Of a DNA stretch of 59,371 nt, positions 21,001-26,984 are shown in pieces (position 1 is the first letter of the stretch; each line of letters opens with the position of its first letter). A program made the translations under genes and the position numbers. This DNA is from an uncultured Clostridium sp. (GTDB taxonomy: Bacteria > Bacillota > Clostridia > TANB77 > CAG-508). Below the pieces are notes generated by a model. That model worked only from the letters and a program-made list of their open reading frames with translations, did not search any database and was not told the DNA's origin. Where the stretch lies: assembly GCA_948441945.1 (NCBI GenBank), contig CAOJQV010000004.1, positions 1 to 59,371 of the forward strand, in the 5' to 3' direction.

Positions 21001-22448
21001 TAATCTAACTTTCTTGTAATTTTGTCACTTATAATGTCAAATGTAACTGGTGCAGTTTCTTCATATCCCACTTTATTAACTTTTGGTATTACTGTAAATC
21101 TAATTGTTCCATCTGTTCTTAATGCTCTTGTGTCTTCTGTTGTAATTGTAATATATCCAAAAGCGTCTGTAGTTCTTGTTATATGACATACTTCTTCATT
21201 ATTTTCATTTGTTCCTATTACTTCAAATTCTATTCCTTCTATTTGAAGTTCATGATTTGCTTCATTTACTGCTTTTATTTTTAGGTCATATCCTTGACAT
21301 ATTTTTATAGTTGTTGAATCTGTTCCTTCTCTTGAGTCATTCCCTTCTATTGTTTTTGCTCCAGAATTATCATAAGATACATATTCCACATTTTGTTCTT
21401 TATTTGTGCATATTTCTTTAAATATTAATCCTGCATCTATGTTTTTTTCTGTTTTTAGTGTTAGCTTAAATGTTAGTCTTTCATTTCCTTTAAGTTTTAT
21501 TTTATCTATTTCCCATCTATATCCTGTCTGTGTTTGTATTACTTGTCCTGCACTTGCTGTTAAGTCTGTTATATCAAAATAAGTCAAAATTGAGTCTGTA
21601 AATTCATTTGTTACAACCACATTCTTTAATGATTTATTTATACGATCATATATTACTTGAGGTTCTAAAATTTGAAGATTATTTGGAATGTCTGCTTGTG
21701 TTACTTCACTTAAAAGTATATAAACATCATCACATACATTTTCATTGTCTACAATGTATGATGTGCTTGTCATGTCTACAAGAATTGAGATTATATGTAA
21801 ATTTGGGTCTTGTGCTTTTAGTTCAAGCATTTTTTCTGTTACATCATCTGTTGCATCAGTAAATATAATTATGTATTTGTTTGCTTGTGCATTTGTAAAT
21901 GAGCTATAAGCATTATCTAGCCCTTTGCTACCATCGTCACCTTCTCCAAATATCATATTGTTTATGTAACTTTCAATTTGAGCATCATTGTATCTAGTCA
22001 TTCCATTTTTTAGTCCCTTATAGTTTGAAAATGAAATTGCTGAGTTATCTACATTTGTCATAATACCTTTTGCTATTTCTATTGCTTTTGCTCTTACTAC
22101 ACTATTAGTATCATTTATTTCCATACTATAAGAGGTATCTACTACCATTGCTATTTGGTTTTCAATACTACTAGCTTCTATTATATTTTTTAATTCCACT
22201 TGGTACATAAGTTCTTTATCCTCATAGGTGCCATCAGGCTTCTTTAAAATCTCATCTCTAATTAAAAGATTTTTATCCTTTCCTTCGTTTGATGCACTTC
22301 CTTTTACAACATCTACAGCATAGTGTTTGTCTTCAGTTGCATAAATGTTTCCGATTAATGCTACTAAAATTATCACTATAGTTGTGATTAGTGCTGTTAC
22401 TGCGATAAAGCTTTTGTTTCTAATTCTGTTTCTAATCTTCTCACCCAT
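9087..22448 (-). CDS. Giant (4453 aa) surface adhesin: VWA domain, tandem SpaA/CnaB-like Ig repeats, InlB B-repeats, C-terminal X-module plus degenerate dockerin-like region
   Basis: Signal/TM N-terminus; MIDAS-like IAMVVDTSYSM and YIIIFTD; repeated KxD...LxGAxF...ExxAPxGY motifs; five InlB B-like repeats near the C-terminus; tail KLFLRSDEYQI...VGTNMKIKLTKG...LVVIGD aligns with the tails of the two downstream proteins; RBS AAAGGAG. Confidence 0.85.
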   Translation of the reverse strand: MGEKIRNRIRNKSFIAVTALITTIVIILVALIGNIYATEDKHYAVDVVKGSASNEGKDKNLLIRDEILKKPDGTYEDKELMYQVELKNIIEASSIENQIAMVVDTSYSMEINDTNSVVRAKAIEIAKGIMTNVDNSAISFSNYKGLKNGMTRYNDAQIESYINNMIFGEGDDGSKGLDNAYSSFTNAQANKYIIIFTDATDDVTEKMLELKAQDPNLHIISILVDMTSTSYIVDNENVCDDVYILLSEVTQADIPNNLQILEPQVIYDRINKSLKNVVVTNEFTDSILTYFDITDLTASAGQVIQTQTGYRWEIDKIKLKGNERLTFKLTLKTEKNIDAGLIFKEICTNKEQNVEYVSYDNSGAKTIEGNDSREGTDSTTIKICQGYDLKIKAVNEANHELQIEGIEFEVIGTNENNEEVCHITRTTDAFGYITITTEDTRALRTDGTIRFTVIPKVNKVGYEETAPVTFDIISDKITRKLDYRDNQSRVDIKITDSKRLVEAIVPIDCQKSDLEIQTRELGNDQTTISGCEFQLIQPKLNNQYEMDVLIGKTDENGVVHFNPTVMTKNGTYQYILVQNSAQNGYEVTNITLIELTYKDGIITKSSHQFNPNVETKVCDDKENHVLVTVLNENTAKDPFDLQINLSDIADGTKLEGVTYLVQTTNSNNQVKKEYVTTDANGQAIAKIYGTGNLIVEITEQSPKVGYVADRKTKSLTIVRNNGQIKVPFMNPSDLNLDLSTGSLIVNLASQKKTEQNIVKVSLVEAEEHDVTVGRNVIYYLQDTETQMIYGPAISDRNGELSFTVDNKEQGTHRYILRVDKNSISPEYDQTKIADEIGINLEYDADGYISDMSSVIDDQTVIDSHYSIVSKDDKTEYTYFITIGYELEAGSTIPFIVQLSDYEETSRPIVGASYNIDIEYEINGVIRTKNIKERKTNSQGIITTNVVKGNNLTINVQEVKASSGYSLDYTTQEIQLIFKNNGEIQINQSPYNRNPSNPGEPVQGAYINSGTVVYQHYNKKRNAEDTYVNLTINKVDPNGLYVGGLPISIKSETLVDKTGRKLDIITYTDNSGQIVFDYEQYLNDKQNKNIIRAPGIGTDGEEIIHNIEISELVVDKESPTGFKERPGTTVKVRLIFKLRDDRISLIKAEGFWGNRLLVGGKPQYSSASDTKTGQETEDSLGVYLANVILNLYTNYDEVGNLSLDFKKQNILEDKLDGAEYEIKIVNPDGKIMRKNITIDNGGTIASTELTGITANIGTLIYITEIKAPIGYGVNSSTETLEVKDITADGEVIVEQIDQGYAQNRLKIEQLPSTLTTSGKNKTNYEITLTDHQLDTFGFEVIAADKATQELIKGYGFSVKTSLGAESQLVTGEDGLGTTKVGGNIVDSTITYTLSANKIAEWYKPLKQTLQVNVVFDEEGKVDIERTMQAQNDSTYGTLWTIEQVSDEEEGSIRIKVLIDHQDPLVVNVQTIDKITNANIADVQYRITESAILPGTGSNHIEVGYVKENGLMTYTIEQTSIKNSYAKVDEKTFTIEYKNEVINNTPTITSSESMDTITKTGDREVTIKIYVEPKVPFEITDLYYFDHTQALQGSNFEVTEVNTENVGTGTTNASGITGIYSGIFGTNEEKIYKVRQTLGAVGYATVEDFYVKVGYNGNREIISAKLVNERGEDVTNNRFVTISYVKTSTFSNYNGNNKGIVTIQVLNYPEFRIDIKDVDRRDGTTPIPGATYSVTSKYLDSENNEIGFIGTKDVITDATGVGIAHLDKTKDNTIVTYTVKEDAPGVGYQSIGTDIEVIVTYDSQGYVSAVELGNNNIVSNIATVSKKNITSTSDPKDNFIVDLELKNNPILKFNLTAMDTKDHSVKIKDLGFQMVSKYDEQVYSNSSATNKVNQTETPETSYTNLEGYTAIYMDRTLDNKEMIYTLKEVQKTPGYDWIDQDIIIKIVYDADGKISSITPVQGGAAINITSYDANTFEVNIDVYNEEIKEFGIHLTATDTYDKDKKLNGMEVEAFLAELGNNSYIPQTDGKYQLLKEKGNALVTGEDKNEDGVPDLAYGEDYKTMGQYTSGAGTRTLRLIVKNDSSEGGKGGTYYLDSTGNNIGYYRGSRYYADAKYQTVGYEYLINVTFDDEGKILDAQLQTGNNSIIGWLADGRYVEPDLTHTDYRLNITMKFFPLLDLKLNAMNNFTYQDEINKDGQPIALEGSRYTVSTQRRSPGPHERDEFVTAGYIGPGHTYGIGQVVDGAIYEGTDELFVPIENNHTRQFYVFEEVEPTNYQKYRDRFVTIEPEKLVAIIQVAFDSKGEIDYNNSIVRKVETEDSITIIKPYINESLDGYLSSNNIKEYNYYYDKTEANRNINFYIGYGLTTKIHITAVDDISGNKISNIRMYPFVNNSTIDNGITLANTPYEWSASETGYRDTNSEGESSWKYWGAATDNMFNQYTIGSSRITNDYNGYLFPSDMAQISLGGSGNLEDYYVKLDITYGSDGKISNVQSMGSDLWGDNNATNITFDKETGNVNIDILYSRKFQMTLNKVDYYDRTINKLVANFAITSNKGLNTQLDARAMRPIGKVYKDTTIRYTLSENTVPDGYYPIPGTIDFDVKFDKDGNIDLDSVKSKSEYFEAINTSETTEKINKASPDLEINIKNKPALVLDTRVIDQFYKEDGLKDAYLEVISSKGDVASGNPQTDINGYARITAGPVYPNETVTYTITQTNTVNGYYPMAAEIKLKVKYNEAGKIEDYSILQGNEVINNFNDYVYRNKREISMQIMNMPKDLKIGLYKYDKLTNQPMAGVPFTITETNVNTGDTKQENILTETNGAVIKVIDTFNTSLSGKAIKYVIHESQTPATYRTMQDIVLVVQYNPDGSMKYFNQIDNDNGVLNTNITLDIASDGIIRYLNNERVHFKVEVPNDNAYDLIIKNEDINFDGLGIPESIFDVSINGVTYTPSQTNENGKTQISNITESGSITMNISQNKVGDGYKDDIDNKISIQLEKGVNVYSLDLATTTAGYVDDKNAVTTKAIVEVDEIYGTVTVTFKNETKTEINILKQDVNSKIGLQGAKFEVRGQQIDDSGNKIGNPIILTTGNEITDDQGLINLNLGVAPQSQIWEYTFVEIVAPKDYNQIADVTMTVKYDQYGRIIEQTSNKQSRLSVTREHEEKANCRNMYAAIYNGDISPAYTVKVVTEDAETGKRISGSKIFVNITNDETGEPLTIQPITKGSSKNGVISETMNMGIDGKMYTDGQINNDNQGKIPPIIDRGLMYIDNIDFEGTINIDISQKEEAPGYVFGQQKTDTTNGIKIKATYEPHLDDDPTVKFDVIDNDQFIVTTNPVSKVITIKILNESRVTFDITTMVYGTDKPDSSGNTSPQYIPGINYDITAEIDTITESTDAGINVTTPLTDKDGKTKGNVGTAFAGKTVVYTLKQRSTLSEYSKIDDIKVEVKYDSSGYIKNCELLSSEDFTTIEETKTQGRTISLVVKNKRELGSYTIFVEKHAMDTDEDEGGYGRLLPGAKYKITVEEKNATTETKVTTWTDVTDENGLIRGIPCNGFGYITITLEELFAPDGYKVADPSIYKIYRDKNTGEVSTDDSNVNIGNPKDDWSEIYLMPVDQQAEGKYTLVINKKSATTGKYITASQAQFEAELIGKNDEEEIIFQDTIENRYTNKNGKIEIDNLDLPREPGKYTLTIRELTAPEGYKKLEKPVELNVILERDSQENIIISSATPKTTDNNVTTSKVDKQVIGVNIFNEVDMQIKEDEYSLDITKVDAETGEAIGNMAIFKVELPDEQKTSVYTETMETLLGEGKLDYCYIEQDKDYGARLTHLKLPEEPCTLQYTFREITPPEGYQKIEDDLTLTLEFAEDPNTGKLRIEKATSSNEKYLKIKDATQLPCPTDTPLSIDILNDVLRPQKYTITYDDNVEDLDIDVPEAQIKIENEDLTLDTMVPVRDGYTFKGWSIYPNTAVAELQPGDNFVLNQNITLYAVWELNSFKITYDDNVDDEEIDVPDVQEKQKEVDIYLSYEEPVREGYYFLGWSTDKDATEAEYKPEQRFTKDENTTLYAVWKLKTYTITYNDGVEDEEIEVPEEQSKNYGQTINISTDIPERTGYDFKGWLATDKEQQPITNYNPGDEYTDNENLNLTAIWELKTYEITYNANVDDPNIQITVPDTQIKNYGENIVLTEEVVPVRDGYIFDGWSTDKDATGGQYVPGDEYTDNADLELYAIWTEKLFLRSDEYQIINAVIEATKRKTTITYDTEQIHEYNEGDRFIIGIRPQYNHVRPGKQPSEEKKGTNFTTLKDNLITNADNIKVIKNAWNSEKTGIEQKEITEEELVGTNMKIKLTKGKTQSIELTLVVIGDFFDNKDETKLIAGDGSEIYYTGDGVIMPNDDDKVYSYYGKFINNGRNLTLSGDAFIIVNDMYHIMNQNSSEWADDFHETFNKGSSRAIIDNIKEKGFWLNN

Positions 22449-22676
22449 CTTAATCTTCTCCTTTTGTATAATTATGCTTTTATAGCAATTTTATTTTAAA
22501 TAATTATATTTTTAATTTCAATAGATATTTTTTCCTCTATAATATTTATATAATTTGCTAATCTAGGGAAACTAAAAGTTAGTGTTTTATATAAAAACAT
22601 TTACATTTTTGTTAAGTTTTTGTAACAGTCTTTTCGACATTTTCTGCTTTTCTTACGGATGGGCTGATTTTATACA

Positions 22677-23318
22677 TTATACTTTAATTAATTCTTTTAT
22701 TTTTTCATATTTATTTGTACCAATTCCTTTTACATTTTTTATATCTTCAATATTCCTAAATTTACCAGATTCCTTTCTATACTCAATAATTTTCAATGCT
22801 GTTGATGGTCCAATTCCAGGTAATGTTTCTAGTTCAGTTTGACTTGCTGTATTGATGTTAATTTTTTGATTTTTACTACTATTAGTATTAATCTCTTGCT
22901 TTTCTTGGTTATTGTTTTCTGTGTATATATGCGTTTCTGTAGTTTCTTCTATATTTACTGTTTCTTCTGTTTTAGTTGGTATGTATACTTTCATTTCATC
23001 TTCCAATTTATATGCCATATTTATACTGTTTGTATCTGCTTCTTCTGTCACTCCTCCTGCTTCTTTTATCAAATCTGCTATTCTTTTTTCATCTTCTAAT
23101 TCATATACTCCTGGATTTTTTATAGCTCCTGTTATATAAACTACTATTTTAGTATTTTCATCGTTTTCTTGATTTTCTTTTGTGTTATCCTTTTGAGTGT
23201 TATTTATCATTAGTTCCTCCTCTATATTGTCATTTTCTTTTGTAAAAAACATATATATTCCTATACATGCGATTATTATTAATATGTATATAATTGTTTT
23301 CTTGTTTAGTTTATTCAT
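22677..23318 (-). CDS. comEA: Competence DNA receptor ComEA (TM, SLBB, helix-hairpin-helix)
   Basis: IVVYITGAIKNPGVYEL (SLBB); KININTASQTELETLPGIGPSTALKIIEYR...VKGIG (HhH); start revised to ATG 23318 after RBS AAAGGAG, since the longer ORF runs through a palindrome. Confidence 0.92.
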   Translation of the reverse strand: MNKLNKKTIIYILIIIACIGIYMFFTKENDNIEEELMINNTQKDNTKENQENDENTKIVVYITGAIKNPGVYELEDEKRIADLIKEAGGVTEEADTNSINMAYKLEDEMKVYIPTKTEETVNIEETTETHIYTENNNQEKQEINTNSSKNQKININTASQTELETLPGIGPSTALKIIEYRKESGKFRNIEDIKNVKGIGTNKYEKIKELIKV

Positions 23319-23330
23319 GTTACTCCTTTC

Positions 23331-23379
23331 TGTGCCAAAGTGTGCCAAAGGGGACGTCCCTTTTGGCACACTTTGCACA
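23331..23379. repeat. Short GGGACG-family palindrome (collapsed copy)
   Basis: 23336-23375 is a 40-bp palindrome centred on GAC|GTC with one mismatch; 21 bp (aaagtgtgccaaaggggacgt) identical to 51376-51396. Confidence 0.85.
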
Positions 23380-23463
23380 TTTCTTGTCGAAATTTTAAAT
23401 AAATTATTGTTTTTTTTATTAAAGTATTATAAGATTACTTTATATTTTTATGGAGATGTTATT

Positions 23464-24732
23464 ATGAAATTTAAAAAAATTGTTATACTATTAGTTGTAT
23501 TTTTATTATTATTTTTTAATAGTTTAGTAAGTTACGCTGTTAATAGTAATCCTAGTATAATTGCTAATTCAGCTATTTTGATGGATTCTTCTACAGAGCG
23601 AATTTTATATTCTAAAAATGAGTCTAAAAAGCTTTATCCTGCTAGTACTACTAAGATTTTGAGTGCTATTTTAGTTATTGAAAATTGTAATTTAGATGAT
23701 ACTGTTACTGTACCTTATGAAGCAATTAGTATAATTCCTTCTGGGTATACTGTTGCTGATTTGCAAGTTGGGGAAAAACTTACAGTTAGGCAAATTTTGG
23801 AACTTGCATTAGTTCCTTCTGCTAATGATGCTGCTAATACACTTGCTTTTTGCGTTTCTGATTCTATTGAAGATTTTGCTAATTTAATGAATAAAAAAGT
23901 TGCTGATTTGGGATTAACCAATACCCATTTTACAAATCCTAGTGGTATACATGATAATAATCACTATACTACTGCTTATGATTTAGCTATAATTATGAAG
24001 TATTGTATGAAAAATCCTGCCTTTAGAGAAATAGCTGGATTAAAATATTGTACTATTCCTGCTACAAATAAGTATGAAGAGAGAGTATTTACAACAACTA
24101 ATGAGCTTTTAACTAAGACTACTTCCAACAATTATTTTTATAGCTATGCTATTGCTGGTAAAACAGGTTATACATCAAATGCTAAAAATTGCTTAGTATC
24201 AGTATCTATTAAGGATGATTTAGAATTGATTTGTGTTGTATTATCAGCTGGATTATATCCAAATAGTTTAAATGGTCGTTTTGTTGATTCAAGAAAAATC
24301 TTTGAATATGGATATAGTAATTATACTCTTAGAAAAATTAGAGATAAAAATGCTATTGCTACTCAGGTTGAAATTGCAAATGCAGATAAAGATACAAAAA
24401 ATTTAAATTTGCTTATTGCAAATGATATAACTGCTTTAATTTCTCAAAATGATTTAAATACAGAATTTACTGCTGATATAAAAGTTGATGAGACTTTGCT
24501 TGCTCCTATTTCTCAGGGTCAAGTAGTTGGTAAAATTATTTATAATATTGATGGAATTGAATATTCTTCAGATTTAATTGCTGAACATAGTGTTGAGGTT
24601 TCTGATTTTTTTAATTCAGTGATTAAAACTTTGATAATTGTATTGATTATTTTTATTTTATATAAGTTTTTATTTCATTCTAATAATAAGAAAAAGAAGA
24701 GAAAGAAAAGTAAGAAGAAAAAGAGGGTTTAA
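23464..24732 (+). CDS. D-alanyl-D-alanine carboxypeptidase (peptidase S11, PBP5/DacA-like) with C-terminal TM anchor
   Basis: YPASTTK (SxxK), SAN (SxN), GKTG motifs; PBP5 C-domain; start revised to ATG 23464 after GGAG. Confidence 0.92.
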   Translation: MKFKKIVILLVVFLLLFFNSLVSYAVNSNPSIIANSAILMDSSTERILYSKNESKKLYPASTTKILSAILVIENCNLDDTVTVPYEAISIIPSGYTVADLQVGEKLTVRQILELALVPSANDAANTLAFCVSDSIEDFANLMNKKVADLGLTNTHFTNPSGIHDNNHYTTAYDLAIIMKYCMKNPAFREIAGLKYCTIPATNKYEERVFTTTNELLTKTTSNNYFYSYAIAGKTGYTSNAKNCLVSVSIKDDLELICVVLSAGLYPNSLNGRFVDSRKIFEYGYSNYTLRKIRDKNAIATQVEIANADKDTKNLNLLIANDITALISQNDLNTEFTADIKVDETLLAPISQGQVVGKIIYNIDGIEYSSDLIAEHSVEVSDFFNSVIKTLIIVLIIFILYKFLFHSNNKKKKRKKSKKKKRV

Positions 24733-24736
24733 GATG

Positions 24737-24945
24737 AGAGGGCTTATGAGACTTGTTCCCTTTAAGTCGTAGCTTTTACCCTACTACTGACCATTCAAGA
24801 GTGATAATATCCTTTTTACAATATGTATGTATTGATTGAAGTGAAAAAACGAAATACATATTGTAAAAAGGATATTATCACTCTTGAATGGTCAGTAGTA
24901 GGGTAAAAGCTACGACTTAAAGGGAACAAGTCTCATAAGCCCTCT
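24737..24945. repeat. Long perfect inverted repeat (92-bp arms, 25-nt loop) between convergent genes
   Basis: 24737-24828 is the reverse complement of 24854-24945; outer ends carry a GGG...CCC REP-like unit (gggaacaagtctcataagccc). Confidence 0.92.
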
Positions 24946-24954
24946 TTTAAAATT

Positions 24955-26301
24955 TTAATTAAAGTCTTTTCCTATAACTATTGTTACATCTACTAAACTT
25001 GTTGATGTTTTGTTTGTTGATGTACTTCCTACTCCTAGAGTGCTTTTAATTTCTTGAAGCTCTTTATCAGTTAAATCTTTTTTGTTTGTAATAATTGTTT
25101 TTGATATTTTAGATGTATTTCCTGTTTTTGTTACTTTATATCCTTCTTCTTCTAATAATTGTTTTGCTTCTTGTAGTTTTGTTTTGTCTCCACTTCCATT
25201 TAATAGTTCTATTCTTATTTGTGAGCTACTTGTATTATTATTTGTTGTTGAGTTGGATGTTGTGTTATTTTTGTTGCTATTACTGCTTGTTCCTTCTGTA
25301 TTGAACATTGATTGTACCAGTGTTTTTGTTTCTGCTCTATTTACAACAAATATGCTTACTCCATTTGTCTCATTTAAGTTTGGTGTTTCTCCTGGAAGTA
25401 CTGCTGTTTTAATTTCATCTGAGTTTAATTCTACTGCATAAGGTACATAATCTTTTACAAAAGAAAGTTCTAAATTTGTCTCTACATTTTCGTTTGCTAT
25501 ATCTAGTATTTGTCCTATTTTAAATATGTTTCCTGGTTTTAGTGTTTGTTTCATTGTTGCTACTATAAAGTCTCTTTGTGTTCTCATTCTTCCAAAGTCA
25601 TCATTTCCATATTCAGCAGGGTATGTTGTCATTGTTCCATTTTTATTGTAGTTACTATGCCTCCATCTTAATAATTGTTCTGCTTTATCACCATTTAATT
25701 TTTGTGTTCCTGCTTTTAAGTTAATATGTAAGTTTTGTGAGGCATCATCATATTTCATGTCTATTGGGACATTGAATTCTACTCCACCTATTGCATCTAC
25801 TAATTTTATTAATGCTTCTGTTCTTACTATTACATAGTATTTAATATCTAGCCCTGTTATGTTATTAACTGCTTCTAGAGTTTTTTTAGGGTCTTTATTC
25901 ATACCATATAATGCGTTTATTTTTTGTGATGCTGTTGCTCTACTTGTATTTTTTCCTGTGTATGTGTCTCTTGGTATTGATAATAAGTTTGCAGTTTGTT
26001 TATTAGGGTCATAAGATGCAACTATTATTGTATCTGTTAACTCTGAGTCAATGTCTGTGCTGACTCCCATTACTAATACTTTTATTTCTTTTAAGCTTTT
26101 CTTTGTATTTTCGTCATGTCCAACTGCTGCTGCTAAAAATCCACTTAATCCTCCACCATTTTTGTATACCCTATAACCAAACCATATTCCTGTAACTATT
26201 ACTAATAATATTATAAACAATAATATCTTTCTTCCTATATGTTTACTTTTTCTTTTGTTTTTCCCCTTTACTTCTTTTTTATCTATTGTTCTATTTTTCA
26301 A
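24955..26301 (-). CDS. LCP (LytR-CpsA-Psr) family cell-wall glycopolymer transferase with C-terminal LytR_C domain
   Basis: TM; TDTIIVAS, LLSIPRDT, KINALY, LVDAIGGV, DFGRMRTQR; C-terminal IELLNGSG...VTIVIGKD; probable TTG start at 26301 after AGGAG. Confidence 0.92.
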   Translation of the reverse strand: MKNRTIDKKEVKGKNKRKSKHIGRKILLFIILLVIVTGIWFGYRVYKNGGGLSGFLAAAVGHDENTKKSLKEIKVLVMGVSTDIDSELTDTIIVASYDPNKQTANLLSIPRDTYTGKNTSRATASQKINALYGMNKDPKKTLEAVNNITGLDIKYYVIVRTEALIKLVDAIGGVEFNVPIDMKYDDASQNLHINLKAGTQKLNGDKAEQLLRWRHSNYNKNGTMTTYPAEYGNDDFGRMRTQRDFIVATMKQTLKPGNIFKIGQILDIANENVETNLELSFVKDYVPYAVELNSDEIKTAVLPGETPNLNETNGVSIFVVNRAETKTLVQSMFNTEGTSSNSNKNNTTSNSTTNNNTSSSQIRIELLNGSGDKTKLQEAKQLLEEEGYKVTKTGNTSKISKTIITNKKDLTDKELQEIKSTLGVGSTSTNKTSTSLVDVTIVIGKDFN

Positions 26302-26346
26302 AATAATCACTCCTAAAAATTCATGATATTAGTATACCAAATATAT

Positions 26347-26377
26347 AAAAAAAGTGCAACTAAATTGCACTTTTTTT
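26347..26377. terminator. Intrinsic terminator after the CvpA-family gene
   Basis: aaaaaaagtgcaa-ctaaa-ttgcacttttttt hairpin with A/T tracts on both sides. Confidence 0.7.
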
Positions 26378-26379
26378 CT

Positions 26380-26973
26380 TTAAAATTTGACTATTTTTTT
26401 ATATACTATTTTTGTAATATAAGTATCTTCTATTGTTTCATTTAGTTTATTTTCTGGATTTACTTTTGTTATTACTCCCATAAGTAATATACAAATAAAT
26501 ACAATAATTATACCTCTTATTCCTCCATATATTATTCCACCAACTTCATTAAATTGTTTTAATATTGGCAAGTTTGCTATAAAGTCCATAAGTGAAATAA
26601 CTATACTTAGAATTATTTTTACAATTAAGAATAAAACCAATGCTGTTATTGCGTAAACTGCTCCTTCTGCTATTTTTCTAGATTCTCCTGGTAACATTTC
26701 ATTTCCTACATGATTTATTACTACATTGTCTTTATTATCTTCATTATTTAAGTAACTATTTGTATTTTCTACAATCGCCTCTTCTATTTTTTCATCAATT
26801 GATGTATGTGCAATTACAAAGTTTGATACTGGTTTATACACTATTAATGTTAAGATGATTGCTATAATTCCTGCAACTAGTTTAGCTCCTAATTTTACTA
26901 ATCCTTTTTTATATCCTAAAAAAGCTGATAATATGATTATTGCTATTAATACTATATCAATTATAATCCCCAT
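26380..26973 (-). CDS. CvpA (colicin V production) family membrane protein
   Basis: N-terminal IIDIVLIAIIILSAFLGYKKGL and LKQFNEVGGIIYGGIRG patterns; several TM segments. Confidence 0.8.
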   Translation of the reverse strand: MGIIIDIVLIAIIILSAFLGYKKGLVKLGAKLVAGIIAIILTLIVYKPVSNFVIAHTSIDEKIEEAIVENTNSYLNNEDNKDNVVINHVGNEMLPGESRKIAEGAVYAITALVLFLIVKIILSIVISLMDFIANLPILKQFNEVGGIIYGGIRGIIIVFICILLMGVITKVNPENKLNETIEDTYITKIVYKKIVKF

Positions 26974-26984
26974 TTTTATTCCTC

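Noticed and set aside
186-21862. Dozens of short plus-strand ORFs opposite the large surface-protein genes (and similar shadows elsewhere)
   Set aside because: Antisense shadows of biased coding sequence: Leu/Phe/Ser-rich, no RBS, fully overlapping convincing genes
53-22448. Classical cellulosome
   Set aside because: No multi-cohesin scaffoldin, CBM or glycoside hydrolase recognisable; each protein has at most one cohesin
22449-22676. c-di-GMP riboswitch upstream of the adhesin operon
   Set aside because: Plausible by context, but I could not find the expected two-stem structure or conserved motifs; an Rfam/Infernal scan would be needed
23197-23463. N-terminal extensions of the ComEA (to 23378) and carboxypeptidase (from 23197) ORFs
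   Set aside because: They run through the palindrome and overlap each other; RBS-supported starts are at 23318 and 23464
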